Positions 26,434-34,768 of a stretch of 64,000 bases of DNA are shown here, one piece after another (the stretch's first letter is position 1; the number at the start of each line of letters is the position of its first letter). Both the position numbers and the translations under genes were made by a program. This stretch comes from Nanobdellota archaeon (GTDB taxonomy: Archaea; Nanobdellota; Nanobdellia; Pacearchaeales; GW2011-AR1), in the NCBI GenBank assembly GCA_038045405.1, contig JBBSYF010000001.1:1832-65831 (forward strand). Reading direction: 5' to 3'. Under the pieces are notes generated by a model, which saw only the letters and a list, made by a program, of their open reading frames with translations, was not told the DNA's origin and made no database searches.

Positions 26434-29409
26434 ATGCTTGAAAAACTTGGAGAGGTTCTAAGAAAAGCAACAGATAAGGTAGCAAATGCTATATTCCTTG
26501 ACAAAAACCTCGTTGATTCTATAGTAAAAGACCTTCAACGTGCTCTTATAGAAGCAGACGTTAACGTTGCTCTAGTAAAAGATATTTCAGACCAAATTCG
26601 CAAGGCTGCAATGGATGAAAGAATTAATGGTTTGGAAAAGAAAGAGCATATGATTAAACTCCTTCATGACAGGCTTACAGAAATACTAGGAGAATACAAG
26701 CCATTAACATTGGCTGGTTCCCATGAGCAAAATAGGATAATGTTCTTGGGTTTGTACGGGGCAGGAAAATGTGTTCACCCAGATAGCAATGTTCAGTTAG
26801 CCAACGGAGAGATAATTAGAATTGAAGAACTTTATGAGAGATATGCAAAAAACTTCGAAGAAGAAAGTCTGGAGGATGGTAAAATAATTGAGATATCAAA
26901 CTCGAATCTTTTTGTGCCCTCTTTTAATCCCCTTACTGCAAAAATAGAAAATAAAAGAGCAACCCATTTATGGAAGCTAAACAAAAAAGATTTAGTAGAA
27001 ATTAAAGCAGAAAACGGTAATGATTTCTCGATTAAAGTAACCCCTGAACATCCTTTCTTTGCATTAAAAAATGGACAAATAAATAAGATTAGGGCAGATA
27101 ACTTAACAGAAAACGATTATATCGCAATTCCAAGAGAAATAGACATAAGAGGAAATCCGATAGATCTATCTAAAAGGATAAAGAACTTTAATCTGTCGGG
27201 AGTAAACGACAGAAGAAAAAAGCCGATTAATTTCCCTTCTTTTCTTAATCCCGAATTAGCAGAGTTTATCGGATATGTAATGGGAGATGGACACATAGGA
27301 AGCAGATATGTAGAAATTGTTACAGAGGACATGGAGATTATAGATAGAGTAATTTATCTCTCAAAAAATTTATTCGGTTTGAATGTCCTACCAAAAAGGG
27401 ATTTGAGAACAAAGAATATGGTTAAGCTGATAGTCATGTCCTCAACATTGGTGAAAATACTTTCTATTTTTGGCTTAAAACCAGGGAAAAAGGGTAAACA
27501 ATTAAAGATTTCAGATGAAATCTTAAGGTCAGATAAAGAAGTGATAAGGAGTTTTATAAGAGCATATTTTGACTGTGATTCTTATGCCGCAAAAAATAGA
27601 AGATCAATAGAACTTACGTCAGAAAGCAATATCCTGATTAAACAAATGAGTTTATTATTAAACAGGTTTAATATTGCCTCTACAACATCAAAAAAATTGA
27701 TTAATAGTGTTCCTTATTGGAGACTGATTATTAAGTCAAAATCAGCAGAATTATATTCTGATAGAATAGGGTATCTCATAGAAAGAAAACAAAAGATCAT
27801 AGACAGCTACAAGTTAATTGGGATAAATCAAGGGTGCGGAGATCAGGAAATGATTCCTCTGGGAAAAATTCTAAAAGAGATAAGGGAACAATTAGGATTT
27901 TCAATAGGAGAAATACAAGCAAATGCCGTCTTTAGTTATGGGGGGTACGAAGAAAAAGGTTTTATATCTAGAGAACACTTAAAAAAATTAATAAGTTATT
28001 ATAGAGGCAGAAAAGGGAGATTTTTCCAAATTCTTGATTCTATTTCAAGAAAAGAAAATATTTATGAAAAATATTCTAAAGAGGTAATAAATGGTTTGAC
28101 CCACTTCTTGGAAAATCAAGGTGTAATACACAAAGAAAGAGGAAATGTAACTTTAACAGAAAGTGGATTAGAATCACTCCAATCAATAAAAACTAATAAT
28201 TTAGTTGAAATATTAAGTAATCTTGAGCTTCTTTCAGAATCTGATGTTTTTTGGGTTTCAATTAAAGAAGTAAACAAAATAACAAACGAAAGGGGGGTAG
28301 TTTATGATTTAACAGTAGAAGATAATCATAGTTTCATAGCAGAGGGGTTTATAGTCCACAACACAACAACGATTGCAAAACTAGGGAATTATTTTGCAAA
28401 GCGTGGAAACAGAGTTGTTCTTGTTGGTCTTGATGTTCATCGTCCCGCGGCTGCAGAACAATTGAAACAGATGGCAGACAAAAACAAAATTCCATGTATT
28501 GTTGATTTAGAAGAAAAAAATCCAATTAAGATACTTAAAAAATACAAAAAAGAATTGAATGAATATGACGTTGTTCTTCTCGACACTGCGGGAAGACATT
28601 CTTTAGACAAAGATTTGATAAAAGAAATAAAATCAATCTCCGATGAGGCAAAGCCAACAGAAACAATTCTTGTAATGCCTGCTGATATAGGCCAAGCAGC
28701 AAAAAAACAGGCAAAAGAATTTCAAGAGGCAGTTAAGATTTCCGGTGTGATTATTACAAGAATGGACTCTACTGCTAAAGGGGGCGGCTCTTTGACAGCA
28801 TGTGCAGAAACAAAGGCACCAGTGTACTTTATTACAACAGGAGAAAAAATAAACGATATCGAAGAGTTCAATCCTAAATCTTTCCTTTCAAGATTGTTAG
28901 GTATGGGTGACCTTGAAGCATTGATGGAAAAAGTCCGTTCTGTAACCGGAGAAGATAAGCAGAAACAAATGCAAAAAAAGATGGAAGAGGGAAAGATATC
29001 CCTTGAAGACGTTATAGAACAAGTCAAATCAATGAATTCTCTTGGGGGTTTTGAAAAAATAAAGTCTATGATTCCCGGCTTTTCTTCAGCAAAAATTCCT
29101 GAAGGAACTCTTGAAAACCAAGAAGCAAAAGTTGCAAAATGGGAACATATAATAAAATCAATGACAAAAGAAGAGCGAGAAAATCCGGAACTTCTTGAAA
29201 AACAAACTCAAAGAATAGGGCGTGTTGCACAGGGTGCGGGAGTTAACAACAGCGATGTTCGTGCTCTTCTAAAACAGTACAAAATGTTAAATGAAATGAT
29301 AAAGTCAGGTATGGGCTCTGGAGGTATGGACATGTCTCAAGGAATGAGCCAAAAACAAATGCAAAAATTTGCAAAGAAATTTGGTAAGATGAAAAAGATG
29401 AGGTTTTAA
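26434..29409 (+). CDS. srp54: Signal recognition particle protein SRP54, interrupted by an intein
   Basis: The exteins carry 'GLYGAGK|TTTIAKL', 'DTAGR', 'TRMDSTAKGG' and a Met-rich M domain. The ORF is 991 aa in total, of which 460 aa is extein. Confidence 0.9.
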   Translation: MLEKLGEVLRKATDKVANAIFLDKNLVDSIVKDLQRALIEADVNVALVKDISDQIRKAAMDERINGLEKKEHMIKLLHDRLTEILGEYKPLTLAGSHEQNRIMFLGLYGAGKCVHPDSNVQLANGEIIRIEELYERYAKNFEEESLEDGKIIEISNSNLFVPSFNPLTAKIENKRATHLWKLNKKDLVEIKAENGNDFSIKVTPEHPFFALKNGQINKIRADNLTENDYIAIPREIDIRGNPIDLSKRIKNFNLSGVNDRRKKPINFPSFLNPELAEFIGYVMGDGHIGSRYVEIVTEDMEIIDRVIYLSKNLFGLNVLPKRDLRTKNMVKLIVMSSTLVKILSIFGLKPGKKGKQLKISDEILRSDKEVIRSFIRAYFDCDSYAAKNRRSIELTSESNILIKQMSLLLNRFNIASTTSKKLINSVPYWRLIIKSKSAELYSDRIGYLIERKQKIIDSYKLIGINQGCGDQEMIPLGKILKEIREQLGFSIGEIQANAVFSYGGYEEKGFISREHLKKLISYYRGRKGRFFQILDSISRKENIYEKYSKEVINGLTHFLENQGVIHKERGNVTLTESGLESLQSIKTNNLVEILSNLELLSESDVFWVSIKEVNKITNERGVVYDLTVEDNHSFIAEGFIVHNTTTIAKLGNYFAKRGNRVVLVGLDVHRPAAAEQLKQMADKNKIPCIVDLEEKNPIKILKKYKKELNEYDVVLLDTAGRHSLDKDLIKEIKSISDEAKPTETILVMPADIGQAAKKQAKEFQEAVKISGVIITRMDSTAKGGGSLTACAETKAPVYFITTGEKINDIEEFNPKSFLSRLLGMGDLEALMEKVRSVTGEDKQKQMQKKMEEGKISLEDVIEQVKSMNSLGGFEKIKSMIPGFSSAKIPEGTLENQEAKVAKWEHIIKSMTKEERENPELLEKQTQRIGRVAQGAGVNNSDVRALLKQYKMLNEMIKSGMGSGGMDMSQGMSQKQMQKFAKKFGKMKKMRF
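26770..28362 (+). mobile_element. Intein (531 aa) with a LAGLIDADG endonuclease domain, inserted in the SRP54 P-loop
   Basis: It begins with Cys ('CVHPD') and has a block B 'TPEHPF'. The LAGLIDADG motifs are 'LAEFIGYVMGDGHI' and 'IRAYFDCDSY'. It ends '..GFIVHN' and is followed by Thr at +1. Confidence 0.85.
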
Positions 29410-29417
29410 AAAATAAG

Positions 29418-29978
29418 ATGAAAAGGGCAATAATAGTTCATGGGTGGGATTTCAATCCAAGTATGAATTGGTATCCTTGGTTAAAGAGAGAATTAGAAGA
29501 AAGAGTGTATGAAGTAATCGTTCCAGAGATGCCTAATACAGAAGATCCAAAAATTAATTCTTGGATTTCACACTTGAAAAAAGTTATCAAAAATCTCGAT
29601 AGAGACACTCTTTTAATAGGCCACAGCATTGGATGTCAAACAGTAATGAGATATCTAGAAAAAGAAAGCTTCAACGATAAGTTAAAAGTTATATTTATTG
29701 CTGGGTGGTTTAAGCTAGATAATTTGGAGGGCAGTGAAGTTGAAAAAATAGCAAAACCTTGGTTAGAAACACCAATAGATTTCAATAAAGTCAAAAGTAA
29801 AATTAGTTCTCTTACAGTTTTCTTATCTGACAACGAACCATACAACTATATTGATTACAACTCTAAACTTTTTAAAGAAAAGCTAGGAGCAAAAACGATT
29901 ATTTTAAAAAACAAAGGACACTTTACTGAAGAAGATGGAATTAAACATATTCCAGAGATATTAGAGCTTATTAAATAA
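29418..29978 (+). CDS. Small alpha/beta serine hydrolase (YdeN/RBBP9-like)
   Basis: 'IIVHGW' and the nucleophile elbow 'IGHSIGC' are present. The ORF is 186 aa. Confidence 0.55.
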   Translation: MKRAIIVHGWDFNPSMNWYPWLKRELEERVYEVIVPEMPNTEDPKINSWISHLKKVIKNLDRDTLLIGHSIGCQTVMRYLEKESFNDKLKVIFIAGWFKLDNLEGSEVEKIAKPWLETPIDFNKVKSKISSLTVFLSDNEPYNYIDYNSKLFKEKLGAKTIILKNKGHFTEEDGIKHIPEILELIK

Positions 29979-29982
29979 AAAA

Positions 29983-30597
29983 TTATTCCTTTCCGAGAGC
30001 ATATTTGTAACCTACAAGAAACTCGTTACCACTCATTTCAATTTCTCCAGAGAAAGATTTGTAATTTATCTCACCGAAAATTCTTGAGCTGTCGTCAAAA
30101 TTAAATTCAATTCCACCACCAAGAAGAAATCCTGTACCTTGTGCACTTGTTTGTTCAGAGTAACCTCCTCCTTGAGCACCAGATTTCATTTGTGTTAGAG
30201 AAAATCCTGCTCTCGAATAAAATGCGCCGCCGCCGCCGCTCCACCTGCTCACATAATGCATAGTACCTTCGAAGGAAAGGAAAGAAACATCTGAAGTAAT
30301 TTTAACACCGGAAACTTTGAGTTCAGATTTGGCTCCTGAACTTGAGACACCAATTTCGCCCCTAAAATTCTCGCTAAAATCCCTAGTTACGCTTCCCTTA
30401 AAACCATCTATTGATTTGTAGAATTTTTTTATTTCAGGATCATTATCAACATAACGAATAAAAGATGAAGAGATATTTGTTTGGGGAGAAAATCTTCCAG
30501 ATGTGGACAACGAATCCTGAGCAAGAGAATTTTTCGAAACAGAGAGTAAGGCCACAGCACCAATAGGCAATAGCAGTTTTCTTAAAAGAGCACTCAT
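29983..30597 (-). CDS. Secreted protein resembling a bacterial outer-membrane beta-barrel (OmpW/OMP_b-brl-like)
   Basis: The signal peptide is 'LLLPIGAVALLSVSKNSLAQ'. Amphipathic strands alternate, the turns are Gly-rich, and the sequence includes 'GGGIEFNFDDSSRIFGEINYK' and 'FLVGYKYA'. Confidence 0.45.
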   Translation of the reverse strand: MSALLRKLLLPIGAVALLSVSKNSLAQDSLSTSGRFSPQTNISSSFIRYVDNDPEIKKFYKSIDGFKGSVTRDFSENFRGEIGVSSSGAKSELKVSGVKITSDVSFLSFEGTMHYVSRWSGGGGAFYSRAGFSLTQMKSGAQGGGYSEQTSAQGTGFLLGGGIEFNFDDSSRIFGEINYKSFSGEIEMSGNEFLVGYKYALGKE

Positions 30598-30682
30598 AAG
30601 TAATCTTTGTTAGGAAGATATTTAAACATTATTGTAACGTGATATACATCAAATTTAAAAAATAAAAATACCTTAAGATTAT

Positions 30683-31075
30683 ATGAAATACAAAATATTC
30701 CTCTTCGTTTTCATAATAGGGCTCATTAGCTCAATAATTATCACTTCAAACTCTTCAACAGGGATATGCCGGCCTGGAAATGGATGTGATACTGTAACAG
30801 GTTCTTCCTACGGCTCAACTTTAGGAATAAAGAACGCAACATATGGAGTTGTAATCTTTCCTCTGCTTATACTCCTCACCATTTTTCATATGAAAAAACC
30901 AAACAATCACACAAGAAGAATTCTACATCTTGCCGTGGGTTTTGGTGCACTTGTATCAATTTATTTCCTATATCTTCAAGTATTTGTAATAAAAGCTTTT
31001 TGTGAATTTTGTATTGTAATTGACATTGCGCTTCTCATAGGACTTGGTTTTATGTTCTATCTTTGGGAACATTAA
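30683..31075 (+). CDS. Vitamin K epoxide reductase (VKOR) family protein
   Basis: It has four TM segments, a loop Cys pair 'GICRPGNGC', the segment 'SSYGSTLGIKNATYG', and a CxxC motif 'CEFC' in the last helix. Confidence 0.65.
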   Translation: MKYKIFLFVFIIGLISSIIITSNSSTGICRPGNGCDTVTGSSYGSTLGIKNATYGVVIFPLLILLTIFHMKKPNNHTRRILHLAVGFGALVSIYFLYLQVFVIKAFCEFCIVIDIALLIGLGFMFYLWEH

Positions 31076-31088
31076 TTAAATAATTCAA

Positions 31089-31703
31089 ATGGTAGAAAAA
31101 ATAATTCAACAGGGAGCTGAAGCATCTATTATTCTTGATGAAAATAGAATAATCAAAAGAAGAATAAAAAAATCTTACAGGCTTGATATTCTCGATGAAA
31201 GAGTCAGGAAACAAAGAACTCGCTCTGAAGCAAAGCTAATTGAAAAGGCATCAAAAGTTATTCCTGTTCCAAAATTAGAAGAAGTTGACGAAAAAACCAA
31301 AGAGATAAAGATGCAATTCTTAGACGGTCAAAGACTTTCCGTTCATCTTGATTCTCTGCCTTTAACTAAACAAGAGAAGATATGCAAACAAATTGGAGAA
31401 AACATCGCGAAGCTTCATGATGTAGAAATAATTCACGGAGATTTAACAACGAGCAATATGATTTTACAGGGCTCAAAAGTTTATTTTATAGACTTCGGAC
31501 TGGGTTTCATAAGCCCAAAGGTTGAAGACAAAGCAGTTGATTTACACGTTCTACGACAAGCCCTAGAAGCAAAACATTTCAAACACTGGCAAGACTTGTT
31601 TGCACAAGTTCTTGCAGGTTACGCTATATCAAAAAACCATAAAAAAGTCCTCGAACAATTCAAGAAAGTTGAAACTCGTGGAAGGTATAAAGAACAGTAT
31701 TAA
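31089..31703 (+). CDS. bud32: Bud32/PRPK kinase (KEOPS subunit)
   Basis: 'IIQQGAEASI', 'IIHGDLTTSNMIL' and 'FIDFGL' are present. The ORF is about 200 aa. Confidence 0.8.
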   Translation: MVEKIIQQGAEASIILDENRIIKRRIKKSYRLDILDERVRKQRTRSEAKLIEKASKVIPVPKLEEVDEKTKEIKMQFLDGQRLSVHLDSLPLTKQEKICKQIGENIAKLHDVEIIHGDLTTSNMILQGSKVYFIDFGLGFISPKVEDKAVDLHVLRQALEAKHFKHWQDLFAQVLAGYAISKNHKKVLEQFKKVETRGRYKEQY

Positions 31704-32036
31704 TCATTTAGCATTCTTTAGACAATACTTTAACAAGCCGTATTGAGAGGTCCCGAAAAAACTCAAATTATTATTTTTTCTCCATTTCTTAAGAGAAAGA
31801 TCACTTACACTCTTCAAGTCTCTATTTATTGCTCGATACATCATTAAAGCGTCATCAAAAGTTATTTCTTCAATAGGCTTTCTTTCAAACTGAGAGATAC
31901 TCCTGATTAACATGCTCGGCACCCCTAATTGACAAGAAATTTCTCTCTTATCACCCCTATTCACTAAAATATATCCATTCATAACCTCTTCTTTTTGGCA
32001 ATATTTGAGCAAGTCATCTTTAGTTAGAAGTTCCAT
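31704..32036 (-). CDS. Hypothetical protein
   Basis: The ORF is 110 aa. No motif was recognised. Confidence 0.3.
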   Translation of the reverse strand: MELLTKDDLLKYCQKEEVMNGYILVNRGDKREISCQLGVPSMLIRSISQFERKPIEEITFDDALMMYRAINRDLKSVSDLSLKKWRKNNNLSFFGTSQYGLLKYCLKNAK

Positions 32037-32089
32037 CTGTTTCTCAGAAAAATAGCATTTATTAAAATTATTGTGGCTATTTGAAAGAA

Positions 32090-32162
32090 TAGCCCCACTC
32101 GGATTCGAACCGAGGTTTCAGCCTTCAAAGGGCCGCGAACTTGACCACTATTCTATGGGGCT
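32090..32162 (-). tRNA. tRNA-Gln(UUG)
   Basis: Read on the minus strand, the acceptor is AGCCCCA/TGGGGCT and the D arm is GAAT-AGTGGTCAA-GTTC. The anticodon arm is CGGCC-CTTTGAA-GGCTG. The T arm is CTCGG-TTCGAAT-CCGAG. Confidence 0.88.
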
Positions 32163-33059
32163 TTGGAGATTCCAAATCTTAACTTTGTTCAGATGCCTCG
32201 AATTTTTGAAACCAACTTCATTTAAAAATTTTCTCAATTCCGATTTTTTAGTGATTACTATGTCTTTTCCTTTAGTTATCTCTGAAACACCTATTCCTAG
32301 AGATAACAACCCTTTCCTTACATCTTTTAGTAAGGTATTGTTATAATTAGTAAAACAAATTTGATGAGAATTTTGATTTGTTAATTTGTAAACTGAACCG
32401 TCCGTATCAAATAGTCCTCTAAGACATGCCTTGAGATAAGAGTCTTTTTCTTTAATCCAAGAGGGAATTGTAACCTGATTTTTTATTTTGTTACCATGAT
32501 TTAGCCCATTAGAAATAAAAAAGTTTACCAATTGCTTGCTAGAAACCACTATATGCCTTCCATTGCTATCTTTAGGTAATTTTTCTTTGGGTTTTACGCC
32601 GAATAATTCTTCAAATAAAATTGAAATATAATTTAGGTGATATTCCTTGTCTAAATTCTTGTCACCTGCGATGTTAACTTGATAAACACCAATCTTCTTT
32701 CCTTTTTTGTAATAATTTATATTTCCATCTCCCAAGATAATGCCTATTAATTCAGCAAGCTTCTCGCTTCGTTCAGGTGTTCTTATTTTTATGGTAGACC
32801 CTAGAGAGTTAAGCCCTCCTTTAGATTGTCCCCAGAAAGTGTCTAGCTTATTTATAATGAATCTGTCAAAATTTCTATTGGTGATGGTGCTTAATTTAGA
32901 GTATAATTCTTCAGAAATTAATCTTCTCTCATTCTTCAAATCTCGATTTAAATAATCAGCCCCCATCCCAATTTTTTTAGCTAACTCTTTCCATGTTGAA
33001 TCACCTTTCGCTAATAAGATTAATTCTTTTTGCTTTCCTTTCTGCAGCTTTATTTTCAC
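32148..33059 (-). CDS. Free-standing double-motif LAGLIDADG homing endonuclease-like protein
   Basis: The motifs are 'LAELIGIILGDGN' and 'CLRGLFDTDGS'. It is a paralog of the gene at 14808-15857 and uses a GTG start. Its last 15 nt overlap the 5' end of tRNA-Gln. Confidence 0.8.
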   Translation of the reverse strand: MKIKLQKGKQKELILLAKGDSTWKELAKKIGMGADYLNRDLKNERRLISEELYSKLSTITNRNFDRFIINKLDTFWGQSKGGLNSLGSTIKIRTPERSEKLAELIGIILGDGNINYYKKGKKIGVYQVNIAGDKNLDKEYHLNYISILFEELFGVKPKEKLPKDSNGRHIVVSSKQLVNFFISNGLNHGNKIKNQVTIPSWIKEKDSYLKACLRGLFDTDGSVYKLTNQNSHQICFTNYNNTLLKDVRKGLLSLGIGVSEITKGKDIVITKKSELRKFLNEVGFKNSRHLNKVKIWNLQSPIE

Positions 33060-33109
33060 AGATTAAGTAAGAATCAGATATTTATATACTTTTTGACCGC
33101 TACACCACA

Positions 33110-33129
33110 TTCGAATCCTGGCGGGGCTA
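33110..33129 (+). pseudogene. tRNA 3'-end fragment (T loop, T stem and acceptor), inverted relative to tRNA-Gln
   Basis: TTCGAATCCTGGCGGGGCTA compares with the tRNA-Gln 3' end TTCGAATCCGAGTGGGGCTA. There is no 5' partner, and the 5' strand of the T stem is missing. Confidence 0.55.
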
Positions 33130-33181
33130 GGTGTATATTCTTCTAGATATAAACTTAAAAACTCAATTCATAAGTTATTTT

Positions 33182-33451
33182 ATGACAAAAGACTTAGAGC
33201 TGACTGTTGGTGGTTTGCCTGTTGTTTCAGAAGAAACTTTTTTGGAGGTTGTAACCACATATCCTTTAGTTTCAGGAACTAACAATCCTGAAACAAGAAT
33301 GAGGATAGAAAAAGAAAATCCTCAGATAGCAGAGGTAGTCAGAATAGGTATATCTGCTGCACCAAACCTTGCAGCTGGAGTATACTTCGAAATGGGATGT
33401 CAAATCACTTATGAACTTTTAAGAGCTCAGGGTATTTTTAATAAAGAATAG
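33182..33451 (+). CDS. Hypothetical protein
   Basis: The ORF is 89 aa from the first ATG. The track start at 33131 is GTG and overlaps the tRNA fragment. Confidence 0.3.
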   Translation: MTKDLELTVGGLPVVSEETFLEVVTTYPLVSGTNNPETRMRIEKENPQIAEVVRIGISAAPNLAAGVYFEMGCQITYELLRAQGIFNKE

Positions 33452-33468
33452 TCTCAAAAGTCCTAATT

Positions 33469-34269
33469 TTATTCCTTAAAAATTCTGTTATAAAAAATCT
33501 CTCTGTTAACTTCTTCTTGTTTTGGATCAAGACCGAAGAAGTTCCTGAAGTTGAAAGCACCTTCTTCATATTTTTCTCCAACAAGAACAGAAGCTAGTTT
33601 TTTGTATTCAATGCTTCCCTTAGACTTTGGACTGAATGTTGTCGATGGCTCCATCCTTGAAAGGGCCTTGAGAGCATTAAGATCGTAAGGGATAACTGCA
33701 AGAACAGGGACATCTAAAGTTTCTTCAATACTTGAGATGGAAATTTCAAAATCTTTTCCATGAACTTTGTTTAAAACAATTCCAGAGATAGGAACGCCTC
33801 TCTGTTTTGCCAATTTCACAGCTTTCATAGTAGCGGTTAATGTTGGATGATCCGGCGTTGTTATAGCAATAACTTGATCAGAAGCAAGAATGACCGATAG
33901 CGATTCTTCAGCTATAGATGGCCCGGAGTCTATAAGAATAATGTCATAATTTCTTTTTAATCCGTTAATTTTGTCCTTTAATCCAAGAGGGCTGGTTTCT
34001 GCTCTTTCAAAGATGGAAGCAGGCATCACATCAAAGTTTCCATGTTGATATATGGCATCTTTTGGTCTAGCCATTCTGTTCAAAACGTGATGTAGTGTTC
34101 TCTTTGGATCAACAATACCAAGATGAAGTCCAAGGCTTGGAGAGGACAAGTTTCCGTCGACTAAAAGAACTTTTTTTCCAATTTCTGCAAATGCAGCTCC
34201 GAGGGCCGCAACAACACTAGTTTTTCCAACACCGCCCTTCAAACTTATCACCCCTATTACTTTCCCCAT
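33469..34269 (-). CDS. MinD/ParA-family P-loop ATPase
   Basis: The deviant Walker A 'SLKGGVGKTS' and the Walker B 'IILIDSGP' are present. Confidence 0.8.
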   Translation of the reverse strand: MGKVIGVISLKGGVGKTSVVAALGAAFAEIGKKVLLVDGNLSSPSLGLHLGIVDPKRTLHHVLNRMARPKDAIYQHGNFDVMPASIFERAETSPLGLKDKINGLKRNYDIILIDSGPSIAEESLSVILASDQVIAITTPDHPTLTATMKAVKLAKQRGVPISGIVLNKVHGKDFEISISSIEETLDVPVLAVIPYDLNALKALSRMEPSTTFSPKSKGSIEYKKLASVLVGEKYEEGAFNFRNFFGLDPKQEEVNREIFYNRIFKE

Positions 34270-34353
34270 CCCATTAATAAAATTTTAATGTTTAAATTCT
34301 TTTACTTTTGAAGCACACATAAGATTTAAAAACAAACTCCTTTATCTAATAAA

Positions 34354-34725
34354 ATGCAGAAAAAAGCGAAAGCGAAAAAACGAGAAAAAGTGCCTTCAAA
34401 GAAGGTTTCTCAAGAAGAATTTGAGAAAAAAGTCTTAGAATTAGCTTCTACAGGACTAACAAGCGAAAAGATTGGAGAAGCCCTAAGAAGAGAAGGAATT
34501 CACCCTAAAGAACACGGAAAGAATATATCTTTAATTCTAAAAGAAAAGGGAAAATATGTATCTCCAGACCTGAAAAACGTGGAAGCTCAACTTGAAAAGA
34601 TAAAGAAACACTTTGAAAAGAACAAACAAGATAAAAGAGCTTTGAGAGACAGAGAAAGAACATTCTCAAAATTAAGAAAGCTTAAGAGATACCATAAAGT
34701 ACCTGATGTTAAAGTGAAAAAGTAG
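34354..34725 (+). CDS. rps15: 30S ribosomal protein S15 (S13e)
   Basis: 'GLTSEKIGEALRREGI', 'SPDLKNVEAQLEKIKKHFEKNKQDKRA' and 'KLRKLKRYH' match the family pattern. Confidence 0.75.
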   Translation: MQKKAKAKKREKVPSKKVSQEEFEKKVLELASTGLTSEKIGEALRREGIHPKEHGKNISLILKEKGKYVSPDLKNVEAQLEKIKKHFEKNKQDKRALRDRERTFSKLRKLKRYHKVPDVKVKK

Positions 34726-34768
34726 ACGGAATTATTCAAAGTAATTTTTAAGAAGAGGATTATACAAT

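Noticed and set aside
32071-32346. 91-aa plus-strand ORF
   Set aside because: It overlaps tRNA-Gln in antisense and the 3' end of the LAGLIDADG gene, so it is spurious.
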